DNA of 62,570 bases, filler included. It is 6 parts of 6 records of this genome, joined end to end, with 100 filler letters (N's around TTAATTAATTAA, not from the genome) between each part and the next. Parts side by side here need not be neighbours in the genome. Positions count along the whole stretch, not along the records: positions 1 to 8,820 come from SRR31156797_6532; positions 8,921 to 35,942 come from SRR31156797_6542; 4 more parts are not named here. One strand, given 5' to 3'. Positions 1 to 11,954 of the stretch are shown here, piece by piece. Position 1 is the first letter of the stretch; every line of letters starts with the position of its first letter. Position numbers and translations under genes: made by a program. The notes under the pieces were generated by a model, which was not told the origin of the DNA, did no database searches, and worked only from the letters and a program-made list of their open reading frames with translations.

Positions 1-470
1 GCGAATTCTTTTGCCTTCTGGACACGAGACTCGTCTGGCTGTCCCTTTGTTGATGGACCCATTTCACCAAATGCTTTCATCTGTGGGTCATCTGCCTTGA
101 GAAGCATGTCGATGACAGGCTGTGCAAGTTCTCCCTGACAGTCAAATGTTCCAAGAACTTTAGCATCTGTGGCAGCATCTGTGGCTGAACCGGTCCATGA
201 GTGGATGGCTTCGAAGCCTTCGGGAACTGCGTGGGTCATGAATATAGCAATATTCTTGCCAGCGGTCTTCTCGGAGATGAATGCCTTTACGTTTGCAGGC
301 ACATCGAACTGAAGTACAGGGAAACCTATGAATGCAAGGTCATATCCTTCAAGGTCTGCGACCTCATTTATTGGTTTGATCTCCTTCTCACCTTCAAGTT
401 CGCCGTAAATGGCTTCTGCTATTTTCTGTGTGTTCCCGGTCTGGGTCATGTATGTTACGAGTGTTTTCAT
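1..470 (-). CDS. Flavodoxin family protein (3' end runs off the window; absent from the ORF track)
   Basis: Manual translation from ATG 470: MKTLVTYMTQTGNTQKIAEAIYGELEG...YDLAFIGFPV...GTFDCQG. TQTGNT is the FMN phosphate-binding loop; GAGGT RBS upstream. Confidence 0.88.
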   Translation of the reverse strand, partial: MKTLVTYMTQTGNTQKIAEAIYGELEGEKEIKPINEVADLEGYDLAFIGFPVLQFDVPANVKAFISEKTAGKNIAIFMTHAVPEGFEAIHSWTGSATDAATDAKVLGTFDCQGELAQPVIDMLLKADDPQMKAFGEMGPSTKGQPDESRVQKAKEF

Positions 471-902
471 GTAAGAACCTCTGTATTATTAGATGAGGAG
501 TGTATTTGCTATAGATTTATATAGATAAGCGTTAGAAAACTGTAGAGACTTTTCTACGATACAAAAAAATGACCCAAATAACCAATATGCTTTTTTTACA
601 GAGAACATCGCATAGATCATCATTGGGGTAAAAACTAATTCCCGTGATCTAAAAATGAATTTATAACTACTTTATCGAAAGTGATAGCATAGCAGGAGCT
701 CTACTGAGTAAAAAACAAGCCTTCTAAACTTTTTTCTTCCGTAACGACGCTGACTGCGCACATGATGCATTAATAGTTATCGGAACTGTGTGCTGGCAGT
801 AGTTTCCATGTAAAACCATACTTTCCTAAGATTGCTGGGCGTTAGAGTGATATATCGACGGGCTCGTAAATGTGTATGGAGTAACATTTCAAGGAGATAT
901 AC

Positions 903-1394
903 ATGACTTCAAAAGATAATCTTAAAGCAGCTTTTACCGGCGAATCAATGGCAAACAGGACATATCTTGCATTTGCAAAGAAGGCAGATGCAGAAGGTTA
1001 TCCACAGGTAGCTAAACTTTTCAGGGCTGCTGCTGCAGCTGAAACTATCCACGCGCACAACCATCTTCAACGCATGGGCGGGGTTGGAACTACAATGGAG
1101 AACCTGAAAGAAGCTGTCAACGGCGAGACCTATGAATTTGAGGAGATGTATCCATCATTCATTGAAGAGGCAAAAGCAGAAGGTGACAACCAGGCTCTCT
1201 GGAGCTTTGAGGTCGCAAATGCGGTTGAGAAGGTACATGCCACCCTCTTTGAAAAGGCACTGAGTGAGCTTGGAAGCAATGAAGACGTTGATTATTATGT
1301 ATGTCCTGTATGCGGCCACACTCATGAAGGCAAGCCTGATGACAAATGCCCCATCTGCGGTGCACCTGCATCCAAATTTGACAGGATCGATTAA
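903..1394 (+). CDS. rbr: Rubrerythrin
   Basis: Diiron motifs (GESMA, ETIHA, GETYE, VEKVH) plus C-terminal rubredoxin knuckles CPVC...CPIC; AAGGAG RBS. Confidence 0.95.
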   Translation: MTSKDNLKAAFTGESMANRTYLAFAKKADAEGYPQVAKLFRAAAAAETIHAHNHLQRMGGVGTTMENLKEAVNGETYEFEEMYPSFIEEAKAEGDNQALWSFEVANAVEKVHATLFEKALSELGSNEDVDYYVCPVCGHTHEGKPDDKCPICGAPASKFDRID

Positions 1395-1461
1395 TTCTTG
1401 AAAAGTGTATTAATATCTGTGAAGCCTGAAAAATACAGGCTTCCTATTTTGAATTAAGTCA

Positions 1462-4400
1462 TTACAGTTTTTTCAATTCCTCGACAAGCAATACATATTG
1501 CTTATCAAGTTCCGGTATTTTCTCCTGCATATCATCTATTTTACCAAGCTTTGCTGCCGTCTCTAGTTCTGCAGCAAAATGACTCAGCGTCATTCCTCCA
1601 ACGCTTGCGGAAGAACCTTTTACTGAATGAGCAGAATTATTGATCATGTCCACTTTTTCTTCATCAATGGCTTTTTTTAATTTTTCTATCTGCAAAGGTG
1701 CATTTTCAAGGAAGATCTCTATGACTTTTCTTGCCGTCTTTATGTCATCCATTACATTTTCCATCAACAACTTGCTGTCAAAAACAAGTGGATCTATGCT
1801 GATTTCGGGAGTTACATTTATCTGTTCCTCTTCCTGTATCTCTGTCAGCCAGTTACCCAGGACATCAACAAGTGACTGTAGCCTGATAGGTTTTGAAATA
1901 TAATCATCCATGCCTGCTTCAAGACACTCTTCCTTATCTCCTTTCATTGCATGTGCAGTCATCGCAACAATTGGTACTTCATGGTCAAGGACGGTTGATT
2001 CCGGATTACGTATAGCTCTGGTGGCTTCCAGTCCATCCATTTCAGGCATCTGAACATCCATAAATACAAGGTCGTATTTTGTATTTTCAAGAGCTTTAAT
2101 TGCTTCTACCCCATTCTCAGCAATATCCGCATCCAGCCCAAGTTTATGTAACATACTCTGTGCCACATTCTGGTTCACAATGTTGTCCTCTACAAGAAGG
2201 ATCTTAGCCGCAACTCCATGTAGCTTGTCTTTTGCAGGAACGGATATTTTTGTTTCCGGATTTCCTTTTTTCTTTTCAGTATCGAATATTCCGTAAAGTT
2301 TTCCGCAAAGCTCAGATGACCTGATAGGTTTGCTGAGGTATGCTTCAAAATTGGATTTATACTGTGACCATCCGGCTGGCTGGTTACCAAGGGAACTGAG
2401 CATTATCAGTGAAATATCCTTTGTGTCCTTATTGGATTTTATAACACGTGCCAGGGACTCTCCGTCCATTCCCGGCATCTGCATATCAAGCAGTGCTGCC
2501 TGGAAAGGTTCTCCTTTGTCGTGTGCTTCAGAAAGGGTAATCAGTGCTGTAGGTCCGTCCTCAGCCACCTCCACATCAAAATTCCATGAAGAAAGTTGTC
2601 TGGCAAGTACTTCCCTGTTCGTTGCATTATCATCAACTATCAGGATACGTACTCCTTCCAGCAGTGAACACTGTTTTTTCGTATCCTTTTCTCCGGGATG
2701 TTTTTCAAATGTGATGGTAAACCAGAATTCAGATCCTTTGCCTTCTTCACTCTCAACCCCAATCTGGCCTTTCATCATCTCCACAAGTTCTCTGGATATT
2801 GCAAGTCCAAGTCCGGTCCCTCCGTAATGTCGGGTTGTTGAAGTGTCAACCTGACTGAATTTATCGAATAAAATATCCTTTTTGGATTCAGGAATGCCGA
2901 TGCCTGTATCTTTTACAGAAAAGCGTAACGTGACATCTGATTCATTTTCGGATTCAAGGGTTGCCTGGATTGCTACTTCTCCTTTGTGTGTGAACTTTAT
3001 TGCATTGCCACTGAGGTTTGTCAGTATCTGCTTTAGTCTTGCAGGGTCTGCCCTGATATAAGGTGTCACATTGGGCTCTGCTATACATATTAATTCCAGT
3101 CCTTTGTCATGTGCTCTTACTGAAAGCAAGGAGGCTAATTCTTCAAGTATGTCATGAAGGTTTATGTCCAGTACTTCAAGTTCCAGTTTTCCTGCTTCTA
3201 TTTTTGAAATATCCAGTATATCATTGATAAGTTCAAGTAATGCTTCTCCACTTTTTTGCACGGTATCAACGTAATGTCTTTGCTCTTCGTTCAATTCGGT
3301 ATCAAGAAGAAGGTTTGTCATTCCTATAACGCCATTCATAGGTGTACGGATCTCGTGTGACATATTTGCCAGAAACTCACTTTTTGCCCTGGTCGCCTCT
3401 TCGGCTCTTATCAGGGCTTCGTCCAGTTCCTTATTCTTCATCCTCAGCTCTTTAGTATATTCCTTCATCTTCTTCTCTGCGATCTTGATATCGGTAACGT
3501 CTATCCGTGAGATCACAACTTTACGGGGGAATGACTCTGTGCCTTCAAAGGGGTGTATCTTGCTTATGAACCATTGCTTCTCTTTTGTGAAAGGACATTC
3601 AAACTCAAGTTCAAAATGGTCTTTTTTTCCCATCATGATATCTTCGATCCCAATGGCAAATTTTAAAGCAATGTTTCTGAAATTGTTCTCTGTATTCCTT
3701 AATGAATGGATGAAATTTGTCCCTTCTCCAAAATGATGGAACAATTCAATACTTCCGGTGGCAAAATCCTTCCAGGATCTATTTGTCTTGATGATCTTTC
3801 CTGTTTCATCAAGTACGCAGACACTTGCATCAAGAGAATCAAGTGTCGATTGGTTCAGGCGGTTCAGCTCTTTGATCGTTTGTTCTGCATTCCAATTCTC
3901 AGTTATGTCACGACCAACTCCTACAAGTCCAATGATTTCTCCTGTAGAATTACGGAGGGGTGCTTTGATTATATCAAGAAGGCTCCTTGAGCTTTCAGGA
4001 TTATTAGTCCATATCTCATCATGTCTGGGTCTCCCCTTTTTCATCATGTGCTTATCATTCTTTGTGAACATGTCAGCATTTTCTTTGCTGAATATGTCGT
4101 GTGATGTGACACCAACGATCTCTTCTCGTTCTTTGCCTGCAAATTTTGAGAATTCAGAGTTACATCCCAGATATACTCCCTGCAGGTTCTTGAAGAAGAT
4201 CATATCGGGTATTGAGTCAAGAAGTCCTTTCAGAAGAGTTCTTTCTTTTTCAAGCTTTTCTTCTGCAAATTTTCTGTCAGTTGTGTCCCTGGCTACAACA
4301 TATATCTGGTCAGCTATTGGTACAGAACGCCATTCTATCCAGCGATATGAATTGTCCTTTGCACGGTAGCGGTTCTCAAAATTAATTGCCTGCTTCTGTA

Positions 4401-5397
4401 GGTCCATGTTTGCAATGGCTTCAAGTGTAATATCCATGTCATCAGGATGTACGAGGTCCCATAGGAAACGACCTTTAAGTTCATCAATAGAATACCCAAA
4501 AACTTTTTCCCATTCAGGATTGAGGCGGATAAACTCCCCTTTAGCACTTGCAATACAAAGGAGGTCAAGGCTTGAAGTAAAGTAACGTTCCAGTTCTTCT
4601 GTTTTTTCACGTATTGCCTTTTCTGCTTCCTTACGTTCTGTGATATCACGTACCGCAGCCACACGAACCTGATTTCCTCCGTGCATGATGCTGTGCACTT
4701 CTAGTTCAATGGGCAGTACAATGCCATCCTTTTTTACACAACGAACCTCATAAGGCTTTACATGTGCATGCATCATTCTCTTTATTACAAGCTCCCGGTC
4801 ATCTGGATGAATGGCAAGTTCAATGACATTTTTTCCAATAACATCCTCACGTTTATATCCTGTGATGCGGGTGATGGCTTTGTTTACTTCCTGAACAATT
4901 CCGTTGTTGTGAATGACGATACCTTCAAATGATGTGTCTGAAAGTAAACGATATTTCATCTGGCTGCGTTCCAGTTCTTCCTGCATCTTATTGCGTTCAG
5001 TTATGTCGTTGATAATAGAACAGAGAAGACCTTTTCCTTCTATAAGGACCGGGACGGTATAAACTTCAATATCACGTATATCACCATTTGCAAGACGATG
5101 CTTAAAGAAAAAATGATTCTGGATCTCATCCCTGGCTTTTGCCATTTCTGCCATCATTTCATTTTCAGGTAGTGTGTTTATTTCAAATATCTTCTTATGA
5201 ATTAATTCATCGTGGGACCAGCCATAAAATTTGCATGCAGCATTGTTGGCATCTACAATGTTTGCATTGGAGGGGTCAAGGATCAGCATTACAGTATGGT
5301 TATTGTCAAATAATGACCTATATCCTCTTTTACTTTCCTGAAAGGATGTTTTTTCTTCACTGTCGTTATTATTGTCATCCATGCATGGCCCACTCAT
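1462..5397 (-). CDS. Cytoplasmic multi-PAS hybrid histidine kinase (about 5 PAS-HisKA-HATPase-REC-REC-Hpt)
   Basis: Repeated PAS/PAC ends (DITERN, DITERK, DTTDRK, DITEN, DVTDIK); H-box [16 protein letters not shown]-boxes DTGIGI and GGTGLGL; receivers LLDMQMP and FMDVQMP; Hpt AHSVKGSS; no TM segment. Confidence 0.93.
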   Translation of the reverse strand: MSGPCMDDNNNDSEEKTSFQESKRGYRSLFDNNHTVMLILDPSNANIVDANNAACKFYGWSHDELIHKKIFEINTLPENEMMAEMAKARDEIQNHFFFKHRLANGDIRDIEVYTVPVLIEGKGLLCSIINDITERNKMQEELERSQMKYRLLSDTSFEGIVIHNNGIVQEVNKAITRITGYKREDVIGKNVIELAIHPDDRELVIKRMMHAHVKPYEVRCVKKDGIVLPIELEVHSIMHGGNQVRVAAVRDITERKEAEKAIREKTEELERYFTSSLDLLCIASAKGEFIRLNPEWEKVFGYSIDELKGRFLWDLVHPDDMDITLEAIANMDLQKQAINFENRYRAKDNSYRWIEWRSVPIADQIYVVARDTTDRKFAEEKLEKERTLLKGLLDSIPDMIFFKNLQGVYLGCNSEFSKFAGKEREEIVGVTSHDIFSKENADMFTKNDKHMMKKGRPRHDEIWTNNPESSRSLLDIIKAPLRNSTGEIIGLVGVGRDITENWNAEQTIKELNRLNQSTLDSLDASVCVLDETGKIIKTNRSWKDFATGSIELFHHFGEGTNFIHSLRNTENNFRNIALKFAIGIEDIMMGKKDHFELEFECPFTKEKQWFISKIHPFEGTESFPRKVVISRIDVTDIKIAEKKMKEYTKELRMKNKELDEALIRAEEATRAKSEFLANMSHEIRTPMNGVIGMTNLLLDTELNEEQRHYVDTVQKSGEALLELINDILDISKIEAGKLELEVLDINLHDILEELASLLSVRAHDKGLELICIAEPNVTPYIRADPARLKQILTNLSGNAIKFTHKGEVAIQATLESENESDVTLRFSVKDTGIGIPESKKDILFDKFSQVDTSTTRHYGGTGLGLAISRELVEMMKGQIGVESEEGKGSEFWFTITFEKHPGEKDTKKQCSLLEGVRILIVDDNATNREVLARQLSSWNFDVEVAEDGPTALITLSEAHDKGEPFQAALLDMQMPGMDGESLARVIKSNKDTKDISLIMLSSLGNQPAGWSQYKSNFEAYLSKPIRSSELCGKLYGIFDTEKKKGNPETKISVPAKDKLHGVAAKILLVEDNIVNQNVAQSMLHKLGLDADIAENGVEAIKALENTKYDLVFMDVQMPEMDGLEATRAIRNPESTVLDHEVPIVAMTAHAMKGDKEECLEAGMDDYISKPIRLQSLVDVLGNWLTEIQEEEQINVTPEISIDPLVFDSKLLMENVMDDIKTARKVIEIFLENAPLQIEKLKKAIDEEKVDMINNSAHSVKGSSASVGGMTLSHFAAELETAAKLGKIDDMQEKIPELDKQYVLLVEELKKL

Positions 5398-5520
5398 TTA
5401 ATTTATGAATATGAACTGAGTAATTTCTTGTCAATTGTTACACACTATCCGCTGTAGTATTAACTAAGCACTTTCTGTTCACAGGATAAACTATTCTTCT
5501 CTAAATTATTATACTCTCTA

Positions 5521-5530
5521 TTATATATAA
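5521..5530 (-). promoter_or_regulatory. Putative archaeal TATA box for the 1311-aa kinase
   Basis: TTATATATAA about 125 nt upstream of the start. The context is AT-rich, so support is weak. Confidence 0.35.
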
Positions 5531-5595
5531 TTATTGTTCATTTTACATTTCTTCAATGCTGTACAAAATTATATCAGATAAGGTAGCAACTGGTG

Positions 5596-8500
5596 TCAGA
5601 ACCTCTCTAATTCCTGCATCAACAATTCATAATGCTTTTCAAGGTCATGGAGCATCTTCACGACAAGATCGACTTTCCTTTCACTTGCTTTAATTTCTAT
5701 TTTAGCAGAAATATCACTAAGTGCCATCCCACCAACACTAGAAGAAGACCCCTTCAGGGAGTGTGCACTATTTATGATGTCGTCTATCTTTTCCTTGTTT
5801 ATGGCATCTTTAAGCTCATCGAGCTGACGAGGTGCATTTTTCTGGAAGATCTCGATTATCTGCCTGGCCATGGTGATATCGTTCATGATATTATCCATTA
5901 ATAACTGGCTATCAAATACCAATGGTTCTTTATCTTCTGTTAAACCTGAATCATTGCCCTGTTTCTCTTCAGGACTAACATCAAGCCACATTTCAAGCTT
6001 TTCAGAGAGGGTTTTCAGATTGACCGGTTTAGATAGGTAATCATTCATGCCTGTCTCCATACATGTTTCCCTGTCCCCTTTCATTGCATGCGCAGTCATT
6101 GCAATGATTGGTATATCATGACTAAGGACTGATGACTGTGGGTTGCGGATATGCCTGCATGCTTCCAGTCCATCCATCTCGGGCATCTGGATGTCCATGA
6201 GCACAATATCATAGGCAATCGTTTCAAGAGCTTCTATTGCTTCCAGTCCGTTGTTCGCAACATCTGCGGTAATGCCAAGTTTTTGCAGCATGCTTTGTGC
6301 GACATGCTGGTTCACCACATTATCTTCGACCAGAAGCACTCTTGCTTTTGAATAACGCAGATCGAAAAGGTCTGATTTTCCTTCATAAGTATGTGTTTTG
6401 CCTGTATTTTCATCATTGATGAAGATCGTGGACAACTTGGATGATAGCTCAGTTGCTTTAATGGGTTTTGTGAGGCATTCTTTGAAGTAATCTTTGTTCT
6501 GTTTCCAGTGCTCAGGCTTATCTCCGGCAGAACTCAAAATTATGAGTGATATCGTATTCAAATCAGGATCCGATTTAATGATGCGACCTAGCAGTATTCC
6601 ATCCATTCCGGGCATTTGCATATCCAGCAGCCCTATCTGGAATGGATTACCTTGTTCATGTGCCATGAAAAGTCTCTTGAGGGCAGAAGGTGCATCCACT
6701 GCTTCCTCTACGTCCATCTTCCAGGAACTGAGCAGTTTTACAAGGATTTCACGGTTTGTTGCATTATCATCTACAACAATTGCACGTACATTCTCTAAAT
6801 TCGTTTTTTGTTTCTCTATATGTTTAGTTCCGGAATGTTTTGCAAAGTTTACCTTGAACCAGAACTCAGATCCCTTATTTTCTTCACTTTCAACACCGAT
6901 CTCACCATTCATCAGTTCTACAAGCTGTTTGGAAATAGCCAGTCCAAGTCCTGTGCCACCATAATGGCGGGTAGTTGAAGCATCTATCTGGCTGAATTTC
7001 TGGAAGAGCAAGTTCTTTTTCTCTTCCGGAATACCGATGCCGGTATCTTTTACTGAAAAGCGCACTGTGGTATCAGTTGTGCTTTCAGATTCAAGGGTTG
7101 CCCTGATGACAACTTCACCTTTATGCGTGAATTTTATTGCATTGCCACCCAGGTTTATCATTATCTGCTTTAGCCGGCCTGGGTCGGCTTTGACGTTAGG
7201 TGGAACATCAGGATCAGCTATACATATAAATTCCAGTCCCTTGTCATTTGTTTTCACAGACATAAGAGATGCTACTTCTTCCATTATCTCATGCAGATCG
7301 ATATCTATTTCTTCAAGCTCCATTTTTCCTGCTTCTATCTTTGAGATGTCCAGTATGTCATTGATAAGCTCAAGCAAAGATTCTCCACTCTTCTTAACAA
7401 CATCTGCGTAGTGTCTCTGCTTTTCATTTAGTTCTGTTGTCAGAAGCAGGTGTGTCATCCCTATTACACCGTTCATAGGTGTGCGGATCTCATGGGACAT
7501 ATTGGCAAGGAAATCACTCTTTGCTCTGGTAGCCTCTTCTGCTTTAATCAGAGTTCTATCAAGCTCGATATTCTTGTTCTTTAGCTCTTCAGCATATTGC
7601 AACAGTTTTTTATTTGCTGTTCTGCGCTCGGTGATATCTTCTGAGAAAATGACGATCCCGCCAATAGTACCATCAGCCGCTTTCCAGGGTCGTACTTCCC
7701 AGCGCAACCACTGTACAGTTCCATCAGCTCGTTCGAAACGATCCTCATCATTGCGAATCACCTCTCCTTCCATGGCCCGTCTGTGCACTGATTTCAATTC
7801 ATTCCCTATCTCCGGGAACATTTTATAATGTGATATTCCGGTAACATCCCTTTCTTCAATGGAAAAGTCACTGATCCAACGATAGCTGGCAGCTATATAT
7901 TGCATGTCGCGGTCAAACATGGCTAAAGAAACCGGTGCATGATCTATGAACAGCCTGAGTCTTTCTTCATTTTCCGCCAGTTTATTCTCAGCAGTTTTAC
8001 GTTTGGTTATATCTTGTATAGTTCCTATTATTTTTGTGATCTTACCATCTGTTAATTTCGGACGACCGCTTGTCCTTACCCATTTATGATTTCCTTTTGC
8101 TGATACAAATTCCAGTTCCAGATCATATGGTTTAGCATTCTCAATAGCATCATCAATTGCTTTTTCAATGGTCTCTCTTGAACCGGAAGGATAAAATGTC
8201 AGTCCCATCTGAAGATTTGTTTTCTCACCGGGGTCCATATCATGTATCTTTCTGAGTTCTGGTGTTACTATAGTCTCACCGGATACAGGATCAAGCTCCC
8301 ATCCTCCGATCTTTCCAATACTGCCAACCTCATTGAGAAGTGACTGGCTTTCAAGCAATTTCTCTTCAGCTTTCTTCTGCTCAGTTATGTCTCTGAACTC
8401 AGCTACTCTTGCCTGTTTTCCTTTGTAGGGTATATTCTTTTCTTCCAGTCTGAGGGGATACTCACTACTATCTTTACGTCTTCCCATTACTTCGTATGGT

Positions 8501-8820
8501 TTCTCATAACCTTCAAGAATGTTGGACATAACCGTGTCTCTGTAGCTTTCAGCTATCAGCATCAGTCCATCCATTCCTATCAGTTCTTCCTGTGAATAGC
8601 CTGTTATTTCAGTAAGACCCTGATTACAGTCAAGTATCCGGCCTTTATCATGAATAGTGATACCACCAAAAGATGCGTTGTGCAGTGCTTTGAACCGTTC
8701 TTCACTTTCCCTGAGTGCAATTTCGGCTTCTTTGCGCTCGGTGATATCTGTTAGAAACAGAGTAAGCCCAATAACATTTCCTTCGTCATTTTCAAGAGGA
8801 CTGTACACATTCTCATACCA
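5596..8820 (-). CDS. Multi-PAS hybrid histidine kinase with REC-REC-Hpt, 5'-truncated at the contig end
   Basis: Same architecture as its neighbour ([37 protein letters not shown]). The frame stays open to the gap (WYENVYSPL...), so 8808 is not the real start. Confidence 0.92.
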   Translation of the reverse strand, partial: WYENVYSPLENDEGNVIGLTLFLTDITERKEAEIALRESEERFKALHNASFGGITIHDKGRILDCNQGLTEITGYSQEELIGMDGLMLIAESYRDTVMSNILEGYEKPYEVMGRRKDSSEYPLRLEEKNIPYKGKQARVAEFRDITEQKKAEEKLLESQSLLNEVGSIGKIGGWELDPVSGETIVTPELRKIHDMDPGEKTNLQMGLTFYPSGSRETIEKAIDDAIENAKPYDLELEFVSAKGNHKWVRTSGRPKLTDGKITKIIGTIQDITKRKTAENKLAENEERLRLFIDHAPVSLAMFDRDMQYIAASYRWISDFSIEERDVTGISHYKMFPEIGNELKSVHRRAMEGEVIRNDEDRFERADGTVQWLRWEVRPWKAADGTIGGIVIFSEDITERRTANKKLLQYAEELKNKNIELDRTLIKAEEATRAKSDFLANMSHEIRTPMNGVIGMTHLLLTTELNEKQRHYADVVKKSGESLLELINDILDISKIEAGKMELEEIDIDLHEIMEEVASLMSVKTNDKGLEFICIADPDVPPNVKADPGRLKQIMINLGGNAIKFTHKGEVVIRATLESESTTDTTVRFSVKDTGIGIPEEKKNLLFQKFSQIDASTTRHYGGTGLGLAISKQLVELMNGEIGVESEENKGSEFWFKVNFAKHSGTKHIEKQKTNLENVRAIVVDDNATNREILVKLLSSWKMDVEEAVDAPSALKRLFMAHEQGNPFQIGLLDMQMPGMDGILLGRIIKSDPDLNTISLIILSSAGDKPEHWKQNKDYFKECLTKPIKATELSSKLSTIFINDENTGKTHTYEGKSDLFDLRYSKARVLLVEDNVVNQHVAQSMLQKLGITADVANNGLEAIEALETIAYDIVLMDIQMPEMDGLEACRHIRNPQSSVLSHDIPIIAMTAHAMKGDRETCMETGMNDYLSKPVNLKTLSEKLEMWLDVSPEEKQGNDSGLTEDKEPLVFDSQLLMDNIMNDITMARQIIEIFQKNAPRQLDELKDAINKEKIDDIINSAHSLKGSSSSVGGMALSDISAKIEIKASERKVDLVVKMLHDLEKHYELLMQELERF

Positions 8821-8920
8821 NNNNNNNNNNNNNNNNNNNNNNNNNNNNNNNNNNNNNNNNNNNNTTAATTAATTAANNNNNNNNNNNNNNNNNNNNNNNN
8901 NNNNNNNNNNNNNNNNNNNN
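8821..8920. other. Artificial contig linker
   Basis: N44-TTAATTAATTAA-N44, with stops in all six frames; gene content changes abruptly across it. Confidence 0.98.
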
Positions 8921-8921
8921 A

Positions 8922-9671
8922 GAGGGTAATTACTGGCATAAAAAGATTTACCCCAATCAGGTCTGGCTGGATGGCTTATATATGGCGCAGGTCTTTCGCA
9001 GCAGATGGGCAAAACATATAGGAGACTATGAAACGTTTGATGATATATTAATGCAGTTTAAGAATGTTAGACAGTATATGTTTGACGAAGTGAAAGGATT
9101 ATACAGGCACGGATTTGACTCAAGTAATAAAGTTTTTTGGGCTGGGGATAATGGATTGTCGAATAACTCGTGGCTTCGTGCAATTGGATGGTACAGTGCT
9201 GCATTAATTGATGTTATTGAAGTTTTTCCGGATGAAAAAGCTGAAGGAAGAGATTGGCTGATAAATACATTAATTGAGCTGTTTGATAGAATTATAAAAT
9301 ATATAGATGACAAATCAGGAATGTTCCTACAGGTAGTTGATTACCCAAGAGAAAATGGGAATTACCCTGAAACCAGCGGAAGTGCTTTGGTAGGATATGC
9401 AATGCTCAAATCAGCAAGGCTTGGATTAACAGGTGAAAAGTGGAGAGATGCTGGAACAGATTTATTTATTAGTATATGCAGTAATTACCTGAAAGAAGTA
9501 AACGGAGAACTGTCATTAGGAGGCATTTGTTTAGTTGCAGGCTTAGGACCTGAGGATAATAAACGCAGAGACGGCTCATATAAGTATTATATATCTGAAC
9601 CCGTAGTGGAGAATGAGGCAAAGGGGATAGCACCATTTCTGTACTGTTATGCAGAGACACTGTATAATTAG
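8922..9671 (+). CDS. GH105 unsaturated rhamnogalacturonyl/glucuronyl hydrolase (YteR-like), 5'-truncated
   Basis: Frame open from the gap: EGNYWHKKIYPNQVWLDGLYMAQ, then WLRAIGW, YPETSGSA and GICLVAGLG, all typical of GH105. Confidence 0.92.
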   Translation, partial: EGNYWHKKIYPNQVWLDGLYMAQVFRSRWAKHIGDYETFDDILMQFKNVRQYMFDEVKGLYRHGFDSSNKVFWAGDNGLSNNSWLRAIGWYSAALIDVIEVFPDEKAEGRDWLINTLIELFDRIIKYIDDKSGMFLQVVDYPRENGNYPETSGSALVGYAMLKSARLGLTGEKWRDAGTDLFISICSNYLKEVNGELSLGGICLVAGLGPEDNKRRDGSYKYYISEPVVENEAKGIAPFLYCYAETLYN

Positions 9672-9692
9672 CAGTATGTATCTGGAGGTGTT

Positions 9693-10637
9693 ATGAATAT
9701 ATTCTTCTCATCATTTGAGGTTATCTTCCCACTACTTGCAATGCTGCTTATTGGTGTGCTTGCAAAGAAGCTGTCTATTATTAAAGATGGTGAACAATTA
9801 GCGATTAATAGATTGTTTTCAAAGATAATTATGCCGTGCTTTATATTTTCAAATGTATATTCTGGAGATATAAGGAATGGATTCAAACTGGACTTTACCA
9901 CTTATCTGCTAGTTAGCGGATTTGTCATAATTACTCTTTTACTTTACTTAGTACCGACAATAGTAAAGGACAAGCGCAGACAGACAGCTATTCTTCTATG
10001 TATTTGTCGCGCTAACACATCAGTTTATGGGTTTCCGCTTGCTGCAGGAATACTGGGGGAAGCGGCAGCCTATGATGTGATAATAATGCTTAGCCCGTTT
10101 ATTCTGTTGCAGAACACTATGGCTGCATTTATTATAGAACGCCAGAGGGGAGAAGAGAAAAGAGGAGTATTTAGGATATTAATGTCAACTCTGTTAAACC
10201 CATTGATAGTATCAGCAGCTTTGGGATTGATAATACAGTTGCTTTCAATAGAACTGCCAACAATGATATTTTCTCCGGTCAAATCAATTGGCTCAATAGC
10301 TACACCATTGTCATTTCTGACTTTGGGTACTACATTTACTTTTAAAAATTTAAAGAAGAACGGCAAAACCATAGCAGCTAGTGTAATCGTCAAATTGATT
10401 TTAATACCGTTATTTGCTGTGGGGATAGGAGCATTTGTATTGGGTTTCAGAGGTATTGCTCTTATGACACTGCTTTGTTGCTTTGCAACTCCGACAGCCG
10501 TTAGTTCATATCCATTGACTGCTGCATATGGCGGAGATGATGTTTTGGCAGGAGAGATAGTAACATTTACTACTATTGTTTCTCTTATAACAATGCTTGT
10601 AATAGTATCTGTTTTTCGGATGATGGGATTTATTTAA
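9693..10637 (+). CDS. AEC (auxin efflux carrier-like) family transporter
   Basis: About 10 hydrophobic segments; RANTSVYGFPL, NPLI, ATPLSFLTLG and PTAVSSY motifs; GGAGG RBS. Confidence 0.88.
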   Translation: MNIFFSSFEVIFPLLAMLLIGVLAKKLSIIKDGEQLAINRLFSKIIMPCFIFSNVYSGDIRNGFKLDFTTYLLVSGFVIITLLLYLVPTIVKDKRRQTAILLCICRANTSVYGFPLAAGILGEAAAYDVIIMLSPFILLQNTMAAFIIERQRGEEKRGVFRILMSTLLNPLIVSAALGLIIQLLSIELPTMIFSPVKSIGSIATPLSFLTLGTTFTFKNLKKNGKTIAASVIVKLILIPLFAVGIGAFVLGFRGIALMTLLCCFATPTAVSSYPLTAAYGGDDVLAGEIVTFTTIVSLITMLVIVSVFRMMGFI

Positions 10638-10659
10638 AGAATTTTTGTGAGGTGTAAAA

Positions 10660-11946
10660 ATGACAAAAAAGAGATTTGTACAGGTAGGGACTGGCGGCCG
10701 AGCCAGAATGTTTTATTCATCAATAGCTACAACATACAAAGAGAGCTGTGAACTGCTTGCATTGTGTGATGTAAGTCAGCAAAGGATGGACTTTACTAAC
10801 AAAACTTTGGCAGAGGAATTTGGATACAATGCTTTGCCTACATATAATTATACTGAATTTGATAGGATGATAGAGGAGACAAAGCCAGACTATGTGATAG
10901 TTACATCTGTAGACAGAACTCATCATACATATATAATCAGAGCAATGGAATTAGGATGCGATGTAATTACAGAAAAGCCTATGACTATTGATGAAGATAA
11001 GGCTCAGGAAATCATAGATACTGCAAAGAGAACCGGTAAAAAGGTTAGGGTTACATTTAACTATAGATATGCACCTTACAATACAAAGATTCGTGAGCTT
11101 ATAGAAAATGATGCTATAGGTGATGTTTTTTCAGTACACTTTGAGTGGCTGCTGAATACCGTTCATGGAGCAGACTACTACCGCAGATGGCATAGAAATA
11201 AATCTAACAGCGGAGGGCTCTTGGTTCATAAATCTACCCATCACTTTGATTTGGTTAATTTCTGGCTGGGAGCAAAGCCAAAGACTGTATTTGCTTTTGG
11301 TGAGCGTAATTTCTATGGTATCGAGAATGCAGAAAAGCGAGGAGTAAAAGAATTCTATTATCGATGTCATGGCAGTGAAGCTGCAAAGGATGATCATTTT
11401 GCTATTGACTTAGAGAGCAATGACAGATTAAAAGGATTATATCTTGATGCAGAAGCAGACAGCGGATATATTCGTGACTTAAGTGTATTCGGTGACGGCA
11501 TAAGCATAGAGGATACTATGGGTGTAACTGTAAGGTATAATACTAATGCTATTTTGACATATTCACTGAATTCATATATGCCTTGGGAAGGATTTAATGT
11601 AAGCATTAACGGTTCAAAGGGAAGAATCGAGTATAAAGTTGTTGAAAAAGTATATATTAATGCTGGCGGCAAGGCGGAGCTGGAAGGTTCAGCAGAGAAA
11701 CATAGCATAGTTGTACATCCATTGCTGGATGCTGCATATGAAGTGGACGTAGTAACGGGTGAAGGGGGACATGGCGGTGGTGATCCGGTTATGCTGGATT
11801 CATTGTTTGGTAATCCTGAACCAGATAGATTTAAAAGGGAAGCTGACCAAATTGAGGGAGCAATGTCAATACTAACTGGTATTGCGGCTAATAAATCAAT
11901 TGCTTCTGGACATCCAATAAATATTGACGACTTGATAAGGTTTTAG
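10660..11946 (+). CDS. Gfo/Idh/MocA NAD(P)-dependent oxidoreductase (YteT-like)
   Basis: Rossmann motif VGTGGRA; TEKP; FNYRY; GGLLVHKSTHHFD; C-terminal GHGGGD. Confidence 0.92.
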   Translation: MTKKRFVQVGTGGRARMFYSSIATTYKESCELLALCDVSQQRMDFTNKTLAEEFGYNALPTYNYTEFDRMIEETKPDYVIVTSVDRTHHTYIIRAMELGCDVITEKPMTIDEDKAQEIIDTAKRTGKKVRVTFNYRYAPYNTKIRELIENDAIGDVFSVHFEWLLNTVHGADYYRRWHRNKSNSGGLLVHKSTHHFDLVNFWLGAKPKTVFAFGERNFYGIENAEKRGVKEFYYRCHGSEAAKDDHFAIDLESNDRLKGLYLDAEADSGYIRDLSVFGDGISIEDTMGVTVRYNTNAILTYSLNSYMPWEGFNVSINGSKGRIEYKVVEKVYINAGGKAELEGSAEKHSIVVHPLLDAAYEVDVVTGEGGHGGGDPVMLDSLFGNPEPDRFKREADQIEGAMSILTGIAANKSIASGHPINIDDLIRF

Positions 11947-11954
11947 GATGCTAT

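Noticed and set aside
201..524. 107-aa plus-strand ORF from the track
   Set aside because: It is the antisense shadow of the flavodoxin on the minus strand (1-470).
1..8820. Pyrrolysine (TAG) readthrough in the putative methanogen contig
   Set aside because: No gene here is interrupted by an in-frame TAG; complete genes end in TAA or TGA.
1640..8872. Many plus-strand ORFs within the kinases, including the similar pair 2330-2827 and 6494-6964
   Set aside because: These are antisense shadows; their similarity only mirrors the paralogous kinase cores.
8865..8876. TTAATTAATTAA recurring five times as a possible biological repeat
   Set aside because: It is always centred in exactly 44+44 Ns, so it is a synthetic six-frame-stop linker.
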